A DNA stretch of 64,000 bases from Nemertoderma westbladi (GCA_032718475.1 JAUCBJ010009040.1:1-64000); one strand, 5' to 3'. Positions 1 through 13,710 are shown, numbered from the stretch's first letter. Notes: generated by a model from the letters alone, not told the origin. Numbers and translations are program-made.

Positions 1-1347
1 ATCATCACTCAAATAAAACAGACCAAAACAAAACAATACCAATAAAATAATTGAGGGCTATTACAATGTACAGTATTAGCTATTTACAAAATGTGTAATA
101 AAATTCAAGAAATTGCTCGTTAAATAATTAAATAATTATAGAAAAAAATAATCTCCATTAACGTTCATCCATAATGTAGTTTAACTTTAAAGAGGTGTGT
201 CTTCATTAACCCACCAAAGACCGTTTGGACCGTGGGGGGTTTTCAAATTGACCCACAGTACAGTATATTATTGATAAATATATCATTCAAAATGACCAAA
301 AGTGAGGCATTATCCGTGTGGACACTCATTTGCTACTTACGGCCCAGTTACTTATGCTATTTACATCCGATTTGGTTTCAATAACGAGCGTAGCGAGTGA
401 CACAACGAAACGAGAGTTTCTCATTTTGGATCAGATATGTAATGTATGTAGTGCACCAGGACCAGACCCATTCATTACCGGTTACTGCATTATGAAAATC
501 GCCCACGCCAGGTAAAATTTGAAGGAGTACCGCGCCAGTACCGTACTGTTACGATACTGACGGTATCTGGTACAATCTGTACGCGTTACTGTACAGTGTA
601 CTATTGTATGTACATAGAAATGTTGACGACTCCACCTGAACAAGCCTGTGTATCAAGATGAGTTTCATAATATCATTCACGTAACTACTCAGACTATTTA
701 CTTCAAACTGGGATTGATTAATGAGCGAAGCGAGTGACACACAAACCGAGGACCTAAAGCTATGGGACCTAAACGCTACGTGACCTGATGACTTACTGCT
801 ACCGACCGAACTCAGTAACTGCCTAAAGTATACAGATGTGTGGACCTAACGCTACCTGGCTGCCAGCCTACATTGTCCACAAAAGAGATTCTCAAAAATG
901 TTTCCATTTCAAGCACAACTTTTATATATTAGCCCAATTTATTAATTTATAGGCCTATAGGCTAATGACAGACAGAATGACTACTGGTTGCCAATAGGCG
1001 GTAGGCCTAGATAGCTAGATGATATATTTATGGCTATTATAGCCAGACAGCCAGATACGAGTCAGCCAGTCCCGGTAGCTTTAGGTCCTGGTGGCCTGGT
1101 ACAGTACCGCTTTCAAATAACGTCGTATTGGATCCTAATAGGATCCTAATAGGATCCTATTAGGATCCAAGTCACTGATTCACTACTATAGGAGTTCGGA
1201 TTTAATTGGAAATGAAATTTAGCCCAAATTCCAGACTTGGAGGCACTTAGGATTTTACTTGGATTTCATTAGGAATTTACTTGGAAATCGGCGCTTACTT
1301 TGATGTCTGGAAGATGGACTGACTCAGACTATGCTTGTGCTAGTCCA

Positions 1348-1585
1348 AAGCAAAGCAAGCAAACAGTCGGCCGAAGCCGGAGGCGACCCGAAGGCTCCTC
1401 TTTCGATAGCTGCTACCCGAGGGTAGGGGTGGGCGCTACTCCTATCCCAAGATTTGCTCCCAGTTATTTAACTGGTACTCATTTCATCGACCCCAGTGGA
1501 TGAAAGGCTGAGTGGACCCTGGCGGGGCTGAACCTACAACCAATAGATTGCAGGCCCGGCGCTCAACCAACTGAGCTACCCCGCC
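1348..1585 (-). mobile_element. tRNA-derived SINE with a Nin/Deu-like central domain
   Basis: The minus strand begins GGCGGGGTAGCTCAGTTGGTTGAGCG (A box) ...GGTTCAGCCC (B-box-like), continues CACTCAGCCTTTCATCC..GGGGTCGATGAAATGAGTACCAG (resembles the Deu/Nin SINE domain), and ends in a (TTGC)n tail. TGCTAGTCCA is present on both sides (1338-1347, 1594-1603). Confidence 0.75.
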
Positions 1586-1952
1586 TTTTCACTTGCTAGT
1601 CCACTTCTTCTCTATCCTGTCAATCATTAAGTTGTATAGAATGGACTAGACTCAGCATAAAGTTTGCGTAGTGTTCAGTTCATTAAATTGAGGTATGGTA
1701 GTCGATGGAAGATTACACTCCTACTGTACCTTGTATTGCCAGCCTCTGACAGTCTGACGTAAATAATATTTAAAATATAAACTCTAATAGATGAAATCCA
1801 CACACATCCGCACATAGTTAACGTGCCGTGGGCTGGTGGGCTCTGGAATAATTTGAAATCGTATTGAACTTACAAATAAATTTAGGATCACACGCTGTAT
1901 TTATTACTATTGAACATATTTTCAGTAATAAAGAGTAAAAGACAATATACAT

Positions 1953-2188
1953 ACAATATTGCAATGTTCTAGAGTTAATATACGGAAATAATAACCTGAA
2001 GCGAATAAAACTGAATAATCACTGATGCCGTTCCAGAAGCAAATTAACCTGTATAATTACCGAGGCCGCAGGCCGAGGTTATTATATTAGGTTAATTTGC
2101 TGAAGGATAAGGCAGAAGTGATTATTACAGTTTTATTCGCTGAAGGTTTTTATTTCCGTATATTAACTCTAGAACATTGCAATATTGT
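1953..2188. mobile_element. Palindromic (foldback) MITE, ~236 bp
   Basis: ACAATATTGCAATGTTCTAGAGTTAATATACGGAAATAA ... TTATTTCCGTATATTAACTCTAGAACATTGCAATATTGT. The arms pair imperfectly almost to the centre CCGAGGCCGCAGGCCGAGG. Confidence 0.75.
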
Positions 2189-4665
2189 GTTTATTGTTAA
2201 TTAGAGCATATTGAACGAACAACATGACAGCATACTTTGTATTTTTAAGGATCGTGTTCTAATACAATACGCTGTATTCAATTTTTTCAAGCCTTGCGTA
2301 GCATTTAAATCCATTTCCTTGAATTAATATCGCTCCAGAGGTCGTGGGGTTGTTCCCCTGCAGGCGGGCCAGGATAGTTTTCGTTTTGGCACAAATGCTT
2401 AAAGGGACTAACCAAACCAGGGCGCGCGCATATTTGCTTTGTTACTTAAATGGTCGTTAAATGAGTACCAGTTATCTCTTTGCCTGTAAGGAGTATAGTT
2501 CTGTGGGGTCTATACTGGAAATGAGTGGTGAGACCTTCTTTTCTATTTTTCGTACTTGTTACAAGGAGGTCTCCTTGTTTTTTTTCATTTCCGCACTCAT
2601 TGCCTCTAACATAAGGTAAGGACGATACGACCGAATCTGTGCAACTACTGTTATTTTTTTAATTATCTTATTTAATTAATTGTTGCAGAAATAACGTTAT
2701 TTTATTTTCTTCAATACTAGGCTCTTTTCACTGATAAATAAATAAAGATAAACCAAATTTACTATGGATATTCATAATAATAATACGATTTGTTGGTATT
2801 TTTAAAAACACTAGCTACTGTACCATTTTTATGAATACACTAACTACCATTGAAAACACTAGCTACCACAAAAATTAAACATGTAACGAGTCGGAAATAT
2901 GTTCCAGAACATAAATCACTAGCCAAAACAGCTATACAAAGGCAGAATTATGGTGACACGGGGTTAGTTACACTAGTACCCCCCCCCCCCCCCCCCCCCC
3001 CCCCCCCAGTAAAATTTAATGAAATTAATAAGATGGCAAACAACGAAAAGATCTTAAGTTTTTTTATGCCGTTTCTATCTAATTTAATGATGCTCGCATG
3101 GCTTTTGGTGAGGTCAGATTGTAATAAGAGTTATCATTCTTACGAATACTGGAGTAGAATTTAAAGTGCCAATCTGTCAATCTTATTGAGATGGTCATTT
3201 TGCTTAATGTGAAATATATAGCTACAGTACATTATAGAAAGAAACCGTAGCAAGTTTGGTATATTGCTGTACCATAGGATAATACATAAAATTATATGAA
3301 TATACTGCAACATATATTTTCTAGAATCCCGTATCAGAGCAATTTCTAAGAAAAGAGTATAATTTTAGGAAAAAACAACATTTATAGAACATTTTTTTAA
3401 AATTATACGATTATAATTTTACCTAGTTTCCGTAGCAATATGCGAAAATTAACAATAAACAGATATATGTGTAATTATTAATAGAACAAATATTAGTTTA
3501 TTTTAATTTATTAGTCCTACAAACTTAACCTCTTGGCATATTGATATTAGTATTAATTATAAATTATATTTATTTTACCATGGAAATGGTATAATTGCCA
3601 GATCTAAAAAGTTCGCACAATAATTTAAATAAAATTATTAAAAGTTTGACATCCGAATAAAATCAGACTACGCCTTAGCGGCCCAACTACTTGTTGAGGC
3701 TCACTCAATGTGTTGGCGGGCCTACTTTACACAAGCGGCGATACCTTTACCATATGGTAGTTAATGTGTCCAGATGTTGAGTTAAAGCCAGTAGTGTGTT
3801 CTTTGCATATTTAACATTAGCCTATGGGGAGTATTGTTGTTGTAAGACAAGTCAGGGGAAGGGAAATACAACTCAACCATACTAGACAAAGCGGCTCTCT
3901 TTACTACTTTCAGCTATCCCGGGAGGTTGATTGACAGACACTTCTAAGCTTTGATATTTAGCCACTCTAGGTAGACTTACATTAGGCAAATTCCAAGTGA
4001 TTTTCTAAAGGTTATTTATTTCCAATAGGATCAATTAGGATCCAATAGGACGTTATTTGAAAGCGTTACTGTAGCTTTTAGGTCCTGGCAGCCTAGCGTT
4101 AGGGCCGTCGCCGTGCCATTCCGTCAGTAAGTCCAGTCTACCTACATAACCAGACAGGTTAGTAAAGTAGCAGGTTACATAGACGAGTTGAAAGGAACCA
4201 AAACTTAAACGCGAGAGTTAGGAATAATTTCATTGAGAATTAGGACCGATTTGGACCTAACGCTACATTACCACTGACTAGACCTACACTTTGCAGTTTG
4301 TAGGGCCTAATTAAGACGTTCCATACAGGAAATATGGTTCATGGACAATATTTCCATATGTTTCCAAATTACACATACACACACACGCACCGACATACAA
4401 TCAGACATACAAACAGATGAATTGACTTTTCAATGTTGATTAAGCATCGCCCTGACTTGGAAAATTGACGTGTTTACATAATTCGACTTTGCACAATTAT
4501 TATGAGTAAAACTATAATGGGTCATTTTGACCCAAACGGCCCTTGGCGTTGCCTAAATAATAAAAGTCAAATTAAAAAAAAGTGTTAAAGTAAAAGTTGT
4601 GACCCGTACAGTTGGATAGAGTATAAAAAAGTAGGAGAGGTCATGAAATATTGTGACCCCAATAA

Positions 4666-5040
4666 TTATATTGAATTTTGTACAGTACATGTAAACTTAG
4701 AACTCGCAACAGTGGGCGTAAGGCGGACTCCGAGTGGAAGAGAATTCCAAATATTGGGCGCAGCTACAGCGAAATATCGATTACAGTAGCTCTCTAGGTT
4801 AAATCGTGGGATGATGGGGAGACCCTGGTCATTGGAGCGCAGTGGGCGTGGTTGATAGTGTGGATGCAAGAGATCAGTAAGATAGGCCGGACCCATATTA
4901 CTGTATTAAGGCACACTTAATGTATATGTCAAAAGTGCAAATTTATTATCAATACGGCGCAGAATAGGCAGCCAATGAAGATCACGCAACACTCCTGTAA
5001 TGTGCTCTGTTTTACCGAAACGTAACTTTATTGCCGAATC
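4666..5040 (-). pseudogene. 3' fragment of a CR1/L2-clade LINE ORF2
   Basis: Minus-strand translation gives EHITGVLRDLHWLP..., then PAYLTDLL...RPLRS...YFAVAAPNIWNSLP, the typical C-terminal motifs of L2/CR1 ORF2. It is frameshifted and 5'-truncated. Confidence 0.75.
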
Positions 5041-5104
5041 ACTACTCTTGTCGGACGTGATAGTTGCCGAAACGCGATGTAACCACTGCGCTGCGACGTA
5101 CAGT

Positions 5105-5690
5105 GCCTGTATGTAAGTGGTCGCCAGGCGCCCGCAGTCTGTCTGTAACTGGTCGGCAGGCGTTAGCAGTATGCCTGTAACTGGTATCCAGACGCCCGCA
5201 GTCTGTCTGTAACTGGTAGCCAGGCACCAGCAGTCTGTCTGTAACTGGTCGCCAGGCGTTAGCAGTTGCCTGTATCTGGTAGCCAGGCGCTAGCAGTCTG
5301 CCCTATCTGGTATTCAGATGCCCGCAGTCTGTCTGTAACTGGTAGCCAGGCGCCAGCAGTCTGTCTGTATCTGGTAGCCAGGCGCTAGCAGTCTGCCTGT
5401 AACTGATATCCAGACGCCCGCAGTCTGTCTGTAACTGATAGCCAAGCGCCAGCAGTCTGTCTGTATCTGGTAGCCAGGCGCCAGCAGTCTGCCTGAAACT
5501 GGTAGCCAGGTGCCAGGATTCTGTCTGTAACTGGTAGCCAGACGCCCGCAGTCTGTCTGTAACTGGTAGCCAGGCGCCAGCAGTCTGCCTGTAACTGGTA
5601 GCCAGGCCCCAGCAGTCTGCCTTTAACTGGTATCCAGACGCCCGCAGTCTGTCTGTAACTGGTACTGTAGCCAGTCGGCAGCAGTCTTTC
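5105..5690. repeat. 32-bp minisatellite (CTGGTAGCCAGGCGCCAGCAGTCTGTCTGTAA-like)
   Basis: Successive units 32 bp apart (e.g. 5339, 5371). Partial arrays recur at 7663-7777/9988-10175, 12143-12440 and 14411-14710 as part of the larger tandem unit. Confidence 0.9.
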
Positions 5691-5952
5691 TGTGACAGTT
5701 AATCATAAGAATGTAATTTAAAGTGATAACTAACACACAGTGATATCTATACTAAGGTTAGTTACTAATAATTGTTCTATAAAGGTCTTAATACTTGCCG
5801 CCTTTGATTGCCTTTATGAGACTTTATTCATTGCATAAGTAATTGCCTTTGTCAAAAGTGTATAAATAGGAGGAGTTTTAGGCCTTAAAATCATTCTCTC
5901 TCAGAAAATTATCATAACTTTAGTTACAAAGTTATTTACAAATACTGTAAAA

Positions 5953-6009
5953 ATGTTGCCCGTAAGTCTTAAACTATTTTCTCTGCTGTCAGCTCTTTTC
6001 CTACTCCAG
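5953..6009 (+). other. Duplicated signal-peptide exon 1 of the FReD gene (copy 1 of 4)
   Basis: ATG...CTCCAG|GTAAGT encodes MLPVSLKLFSLLSALFLLQ, identical to 14971-15027. TATAAATA at 5861. Confidence 0.7.
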
Positions 6010-6441
6010 GTAAGTTTATTTAATGCATAAAGTATTCATTTAGCGTTGTTATCTGAATTATTCATTTAATGATTTGCTCACGTGAATAAAGACACCCTTT
6101 ATTAAGGATGTTAGATTTATTCATCAAAACAAATAAAATGTTTTCTCACAGAATTATTCCACAAACAAAAATTTTATTTAAACGGTTAGCATCCTAGAGA
6201 GAGTGACAACGCATACATGACTGTAGCCAACAGCTGTTTGACAGTCTCACAAACTGTCTGTTAGTTATTCAGTTCGCATTTATTTTGGTTTTTGTCCCAG
6301 TATTGCAGACTGGTTTGCTATTATTATGGCCTCCCCCAGTCTGATGTGTCCGGATATCCATATTGGTTGTCCAGTTGTCCTTTTTAGTTGTCCGTATAGG
6401 TTATCCCCGTCACCACCATTTGGTGTCACCTTGTCCATAAC

Positions 6442-6961
6442 TGAAGTCACCGAGAATTAATCGGAAACTTAAGGTCCGATTATTTAGAACAGCAGTAGTT
6501 CCAGTACTCCTCTACGGGAGTCCATGCTGGGCTCTAACTGCTGAGGACACCAAATCTCTGGATGGCACATTCACAAGAATGCTACGCCGGGTTCATTGTG
6601 TCAAGTACAATGCACACATCTCCAACCAGACACTATATAACATTGGAGGTGTCTCATTGGTTCCCCCAAGCTTGACACTAGAACAAAATCGCCTCCGCTT
6701 TGCAGGACATTGCTTTCGCCGTGAGGACCAGCCAGTGCATAATCTTGTACTTTGGCAGCCTCATGGAGTGAATAAGCATGGTGGACAGCCCATGACTTTC
6801 TTGAGACGCATCTTAAAGGACACTGGCCTTAAAGATGCGAATGATCTAGCAAATGTCATGGGTGATAGGGAGTTGTGGCGGTGCAATTTTGTTGACAAGC
6901 CGGCACAGCATTCTTAAAAATGCAGCTGCAATGCAGCATGCCGATCCTAGTAGTAGTAGTA
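6442..6961 (+). mobile_element. 5'-truncated RTE-clade LINE fragment with (TAG)n tail
   Basis: Translates to ..PVLLYGSPCWALT..MLRRV..RLRFAGHCFRR..LVLWQP (RTE ORF2 C-terminus), ends in TAGTAGTAG, and is flanked by the 9-bp TSD GTCCATAAC (6433-6441, 6962-6970). Confidence 0.8.
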
Positions 6962-7777
6962 GTCCATAACAGGTCCACTCATGTCGCGTTGGATATCCGT
7001 CTGTCCACGTCTGTTTCCCTGTCCATGTCTGTTTCCTTGACCACATTTGATGTCCCGTTGTCCCGACACCAATTGTACCGCAATTCATGTCAGTTTTCTT
7101 GTAATTTTGTAATATTTGGTGGATTTTTCAACACTTTCTATTACAGGCCCACTTTTTGGAGTAGCATGTAAAATAATATTAGCGATGATAACACTTAATA
7201 ACTTAACCAGTATTATTATTTATTTAGTATATAAATGTATTATTATTTCATCAATAGCTCTGCCGTGTAATGTGAAAAGACCGCAAGTCACAAAAAGTCA
7301 TTTCGAGATTGTTGGTTTAAAATGTCCGTAAATTACAATTTTTTTACAACCCTACGCAATTGGGGGTGGGAAATTTTTCTATGTGATTATTTTTTACTTT
7401 CCATTAATATTTTGACGTCAGAGTTATTTTTTGTACTTACGGTATTTTTGCATTGTACAACCTATATGTAAATACCTATTTCAAGATACATATTTCCATA
7501 AAACCGTATTTGCGTTTACTTATTATCTGTGCAATGACAAAACACCGTAAGTCTTGCTGACTTACGGTTTTTTTTGCATAAATTCAATTAGTTGCGGTCT
7601 TTTGTAAGTATTGCACTTACGGTCTTTTTCCTTTGTAACACTATACACATGTTGTGACTTACTGCCTGTAACTGATATCCAGACGCCCGCAGTCTGTCTG
7701 TAACTGATAGCCAAGCGCCAGCAGTCTGTCTGTATCTGGTAGCCAGGCGCCAGCAGTCTGCCTGAAACTGGTAGCCA

Positions 7778-9987
7778 CCCTGCAAACAATTTACTTTCAA
7801 GGAATGTCAGAAAAACATCATTAATTTGTTATAAATGTTGATAAATGTTATTCCCTTGTTTGATAGAATATTTAGATGTTCAATATATGTTATTTTAACA
7901 TTACTCTATAATGTCTTTGTCAGACATTAAATAAATGATAACTGTTGATGTTAAAAAAACGTAATTTTAATGTGAGAACATAAACATTAGTCAAAAATGT
8001 TTTATAAGTGTTTAGTTCTAACATTTTAAGAACATGGTTTGTTACATATCAGAACAATGTTATTTTGTCACATAAAATAAACATTATGGATAGACGCTGT
8101 CACTTCTATTATCTAATCTGAGATTGATTATTGGCTAATTTTAAAATTCGCGGTAATGGAGGAATTTTCCACATGTAAATGGTATACAGTATGGTATGTT
8201 GTACAATACTCATTCTGGCATGCCTGTATTCAATGTTTATTGTGTATATGTATTGTTATACAGTACTACTGTACTGCAAGGCCTATATCTATATTACAGT
8301 AGTGCTGTAGTGTAGTTACTGCAAGCCTACTGCACTGTACAGTACAGTGTAGCTTATATTTTTGGTTTTATAGTTTTGGTTTTGTGATTTATTTAACCTG
8401 AACTCATAAATAAAACATATCTACCTGAATGCGAGTTCGCCTATACCCTCTGGATTCACACATTACTGCATTAGACCTACCAATTACAGAATTCAAGTCT
8501 GCCAGGACCAGGAAATCCCCTTAAACCAGCACTGACAGGTGGGGGATTGACTTATTTGTCTGTACTGATGGTGGATTTCAACAGCCGAGGACTAAAGATT
8601 GGAATTCTTATTATTGGGAGGTCCCAGTTTTCAGTTGAAGGGGCAGGGCACAGGGACAACATTACTACAAAACTTTCGATTCGATTTGAAAACTTCACAT
8701 TAACTGTTATTACAAACTATTTATTGTTTCAGTTTTTAGATTGTACTTTTGTAGGGCCTAGGCCTATTGATTTATTTTTACAGTTTAATAAATGAAGCTC
8801 ACTCAGCTATAATTATAATAAACATTTAATTTTTTAAATAGGATTTGTTCAGATGGGAGGATTTGCGATGCAATCAAAATCATCCCTCTCCAGGGAGATA
8901 TCGATTCAAATAAGTACTGATTACTCTCATAGAAATAAATCTGTAACCTGTTTTTTTTTTATTTACCCGTAGGATATAATAATGTGCCTCTGTAGCCAAC
9001 TGTAAACTGTTCCTTTTAATAATTTATAAACTGTTCCTTTTAATAATTTAACATTGTTGTGAGGTATTATTTATTAAATAATTTTAATTTAATAAATAAA
9101 TTTAATAAAATAATGTACATATAGTGGTATATGTACATTATTTTATATAGACTACAAATCAGATCTATAAATCTAGTGAATAATATTAACTCAAAGTATT
9201 TTAATTGATGCAATTCATTACGTTGTTGTCACTTATTATTACGTCATAAACATATTCTTTTTAAGTCTGTGATTAACTTTAACCGAAATATCAAAACCAT
9301 TTACGTAATGGGCCATACAGCCATATATTTGTTTTACTTATTCTGTGATATTTTACTTTGATTTTGCTGTTTATTTCATTATTTGTTCCTCACTGGTCAT
9401 TATACAAAAAATTCAATTCATGTTAAACGTTTTAATTGTTATTAATTTGCATACAATTGCCTACAACAAAATTGTATTCAATCAAACTGCGTTAGAGATT
9501 GTAGCCTGCCACTACCATATCAACATGCGTAGGGAAATTATTAATTAATTATTCAATAAAGGGTTTGGCAATTATAAAGAACGGCAATGGAGGGGGATTA
9601 TTAGTTTGAGCAAGCGAACCAACCATAAAACATGAGAGAAGGGCTTAAATGCACGTATAATGTTACGTTTTTAGCAAACAATATTTTTATGTTAAGAAAT
9701 AACATAAAAGTAACGATCTAAATAAACATTATGCCGTTGTTATTTTAATGTCAATAAAATACAATAATAATGATAAGGAATAACATAAAAGTAATGATAT
9801 ATGTAACCATCCTGGCTTTGTTATTTTAATGTTATTAAAAACGAAATAATAACGTTAGTATATAACGTCATATTTCTTGGCCAATTTACAGTTTTTTTAT
9901 CATTAATCTAACAATTTGAAATAATGTTATCTATGTCATTAAATAACATTTTAATAACAGCTTTTTAACCATACATTGTTTGCAGGG
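7778..9987. mobile_element. Non-autonomous CMC/EnSpm-type DNA transposon (CCC termini, 2-bp TSD)
   Basis: 13-bp perfect TIR CCCTGCAAACAAT / ATTGTTTGCAGGG with TSD CA. The empty site GGTAGCCAGGTGCC is seen in the other tandem copies. AT-rich interior with no transposase. Confidence 0.85.
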
Positions 9988-10433
9988 CAGGTGCCAGGAT
10001 TCTGTCTGTAACTGGTAGCCAGACGCCCGCAGTCTGTCTGTAACTGGTAGCCAGGCGCCAGCAGTCTGCCTGTAACTGGTAGCCAGGCCCCAACAGTCTG
10101 CCTTTAACTGGTATCCAGACGCCCGCAGTCTGTCTGTAACTGGTACTGTAGCCAGTCGGCAGCAGTCTTTCTGTGACAGTTAATCATAAGAATGTAATTT
10201 AAAGTGATAACTAACACACAGTGATATCTATACTAAGGTTAGTTACTAATAATTGTTCTATAAAGGTCTTAATACTTGCCGCCTTTGATTGCCTTTATGA
10301 GACTTTATTCATTGCATAAGTAATTGCCTTTGTCAAAAGTGTATAAATAGGAGGAGTTTTAGGCCTTAAAATCATTCTCTCTCAGAAAATTATCATAACT
10401 TTAGTTACAAAGTTATTTACAAATACTGTAAAA

Positions 10434-10490
10434 ATGTTGCCCGTAAGTCTTAAACTATTTTCTCTGCTGTCAGCTCTTTTCCTACTCCAG
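10434..10490 (+). other. Duplicated signal-peptide exon 1 (copy 2 of 4)
   Basis: Same 57-nt coding exon with GTAAGT donor and upstream TATA/Inr. Confidence 0.7.
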
Positions 10491-10922
10491 GTAAGTTTAT
10501 TTAATGCATAAAGTATTCATTTAGCGTTGTTATCTGAATTATTCATTTAATGATTTGCTCACGTGAATAAAGACACCCTTTATTAAGGATGTTAGATTTA
10601 TTCATCAAAACAAATAAAATGTTTTCTCACAGAATTATTCCACAAACAAAAATTTTATTTAAACGGTTAGCATCCTAGAGAGAGTGACAACGCATACATG
10701 ACTGTAGCCAACAGCTGTTTGACAGTCTCACAAACTGTCTGTTAGTTATTCAGTTCGCATTTATTTTGGTTTTTGTCCCAGTATTGCAGACTGGTTTGCT
10801 ATTATTATGGCCTCCCCCAGTCTGATGTGTCCGGATATCCATATTGGTTGTCCAGTTGTCCTTTTTAGTTGTCCGTATAGGTTATCCCCGTCACCACCAT
10901 TTGGTGTCACCTTGTCCATAAC

Positions 10923-11441
10923 GGAAGTCACCGAGAATTAATCGGAAACTTAAGGTCCGATTATTTAGAGCAGCAGTAGTTCCAGTACTCCTCTACGGGA
11001 GTCCATGCTAGGCTCTAACTGCTGAGGACACCAAATCTCTGGATGGCACATTCACAAGAATGCTACGCCGGGTTCATTGTGTCAAGTACAATGCACACAT
11101 CTCCAACCAGACACTATATAACATTGGAGGTGTCTCATTGGTACCCCAAGCTTGACACTAGAACAAAATCGCCTCCGCTTTGCAGGACATTGCTTTCGCC
11201 GTGAGGACCAGCCAGTGCATAATCTTGTACTTTGGCAGCCTCATGGAGTGAATAAGCATGGTGGACAGCCCATGACTTTCTTGAGACGCATCTTAAAGGA
11301 CACTGGCCTTAAAGATGCGAATGATCTAGCAAATGTCATGGGTGATAGGGAGTTGTGGCGGTGCAATTTTGTTGACAAGCCGGCACAGCATTCTTAAAAA
11401 TGCAGCTGCAATGCAGCATGCCGATCCTAGTAGTAGTAGTA
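10923..11441 (+). mobile_element. RTE LINE fragment (tandem copy 2, 1-bp deletion)
   Basis: Copy of 6442-6961. GTACCCCAAG replaces GTTCCCCCAAG, which shortens the ORF. Confidence 0.8.
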
Positions 11442-12701
11442 GTCCATAACAGGTCCACTCATGTCGCGTTGGATATCCGTCTGTCCACGTCTGTTTCCCT
11501 GTCCATGTCTGTTTCCTTGACCACATTTGATGTCCCGTTGTCCCGACACCAATTGTACCGCAATTCATGTCAGTTTTCTTGTAATTTTGTAATATTTGGT
11601 GGATTTTTCAACACTTTCTATTACAGGCCCACTTTTTGGAGTAGCATGTAAAATAATATTAGCGATGATAACACTTAATAACTTAACCAGTATTATTATT
11701 TATTTAGTATATAAATGTATTATTATTTCATCAATAGCTCTGCCGTGTAATGTGAAAAGACCGCAAGTCACAAAAAGTCATTTCGAGATTGTTGGTTTAA
11801 AATGTCCGTAAATTACAATTTTTTTACAACCCTACGCAATTGGGGGTGGGAAATTTTTCTATGTGATTATTTTTTACTTTCCATTAATATTTTGACGTCA
11901 GAGTTATTTTTTGTACTTACGGTATTTTTGCATTGTACAACCTATATGTAAATACCTATTTCAAGATACATATTTCCATAAAACCGTATTTGCGTTTACT
12001 TATTATCTGTGCAATGACAAAACACCGTAAGTCTTGCTGACTTACGGTTTTTTTTGCATAAATTCAATTAGTTGCGGTCTTTTGTAAGTATTGCACTTAC
12101 GGTCTTTTTCCTTTGTAACACTATACACATGTTGTGACTTACTGCCTGTAACTGATATCCAGACGCCCGCAGTCTGTCTGTAACTGATAGCCAAGCGCCA
12201 GCAGTCTGTCTGTATCTGGTAGCCAGGCGCCAGCAGTCTGCCTGAAACTGGTAGCCAGGTGCCAGGATTCTGTCTGTAACTGGTAGCCAGACGCCCGCAG
12301 TCTGTCTGTAACTGGTAGCCAGGCGCCAGCAGTCTGCCTGTAACTGGTAGCCAGGCCCCAGCAGTCTGCCTTTAACTGGTATCCAGACGCCCGCAGTCTG
12401 TCTGTAACTGGTACTGTAGCCAGTCGGCAGCAGTCTTTCTGTGACAGTTAATCATAAGAATGTAATTTAAAGTGATGACTAACACACAGTGATATCTATA
12501 CTAAGGTTAGTTACTAATAATTGTTCTATAAAGGTCTTAATACTTGCCGCCTTTGATTGCCTTTATGAGACTTTATTCATTGCATAAGTAATTGCCTTTG
12601 TCAAAAGTGTATAAATAGGAGGAGTTTTAGGCCTTAAAATCATTCTCTCTCAGAAAATTATCATAACTTTAGTTACAAAGTTATTTACAAATACTGTAAA
12701 A

Positions 12702-12758
12702 ATGTTGCCCGTAAGTCTTAAACTATTTTCTCTGCTGTCAGCTCTTTTCCTACTCCAG
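12702..12758 (+). other. Duplicated signal-peptide exon 1 (copy 3 of 4)
   Basis: Same 57-nt coding exon with GTAAGT donor and upstream TATA/Inr. Confidence 0.7.
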
Positions 12759-13190
12759 GTAAGTTTATTTAATGCATAAAGTATTCATTTAGCGTTGTTA
12801 TCTGAATTATTCATTTAATGATTTGCTCACGTGAATAAAGACACCCTTTATTAAGGATGTTAGATTTATTCATCAAAACAAATAAAATGTTTTCTCACAG
12901 AATTATTCCACAAACAAAAATTTTATTTAAACGGTTAGCATCCTAGAGAGAGTGATAACGCATACATGACTGTAGCCAACAGCTGTTTGACAGTCTCACA
13001 AACTGTCTGTTAGTTATTCAGTTCGCATTTATTTTGGTTTTTGTCCCAGTATTGCAGACTGGTTTGCTATTATTATGGCCTCCCCCAGTCTGATGTGTCC
13101 GGATATCCATATTGGTTGTCCAGTTGTCCTTTTTAGTTGTCCGTATAGGTTATCCCCGTCACCACCATTTGGTGTCACCTTGTCCATAAC

Positions 13191-13710
13191 GGAAGTCACC
13201 GAGAATTAATCGGAAACTTAAGGTCCGATTATTTAGAGCAGCAGTAGTTCCAGTACTCCTCTACGGGAGTCCATGCTGGGCTCTAACTGCTGAGGACACC
13301 AAATCTCTGGATGGCACATTCACAAGAATGCTACGCCGGGTTCATTGTGTCAAGTACAATGCACACATCTCCAACCAGACACTATATAACATTGGAGGTG
13401 TCTCATTGGTTCCCCCAAGCTTGACACTAGAACAAAATCGCCTCCGCTTTGCAGGACATTGCTTTCGCCGTGAGGACCAGCCAGTGCATAATCTTGTACT
13501 TTGGCAGCCTCATGGAGTGAATAAGCATGGTGGACAGCCCATGACTTTCTTGAGACGCATCTTAAAGGACACTGGCCTTAAAGATGCGAATGATCTAGCA
13601 AATGTCATGGGTGATAGGGAGTTGTGGCGGTGCAATTTTGTTGACAAGCCGGCACAGCATTCTTAAAAATGCAGCTGCAATGCAGCATGCCGATCCTAGT
13701 AGTAGTAGTA
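13191..13710 (+). mobile_element. RTE LINE fragment (tandem copy 3)
   Basis: Copy of 6442-6961 with the same TSD. Confidence 0.8.

Larger units (their letters stand above)
1102..4071. mobile_element. Non-autonomous Tc1/mariner-type TIR DNA transposon (TA TSD) carrying nested insertions
   Basis: The left end ta|CAGTACCGCTTTCAAATAACGTCGTATTGGATCCTAAT and the right end ATTAGGATCCAATAGGACGTTATTTGAAAGCGTTACTG|ta are ~38-bp inverted repeats with 2 mismatches, flanked by TA. No transposase ORF inside. Confidence 0.75.

Noticed and set aside
1515-1585. tRNA gene on the minus strand
   Set aside because: Anticodon and T stems are degenerate and it continues into a SINE body and tail: a SINE head, not a tRNA.
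2850-3164. ORF with a polyproline tract
   Set aside because: The prolines come from a poly-C homopolymer; there is no other coding signal.
206-4552. piggyBac-like element (TTAA|CCCACCAAAGACCGTTTGG with a partial inverted match at ~4531-4548)
   Set aside because: The right end lacks a proper TIR/TTAA, so boundaries cannot be supported.
5105-5690. 32-bp repeats resembling a CRISPR array
   Set aside because: Units are head-to-tail with no unique spacers, there are no cas genes, and the context is eukaryotic: a minisatellite.
6846-7800. Short ORFs repeated three times (80, 83, 71 aa etc.)
   Set aside because: Recurrence is due to the tandem duplication; no domain or splice support.
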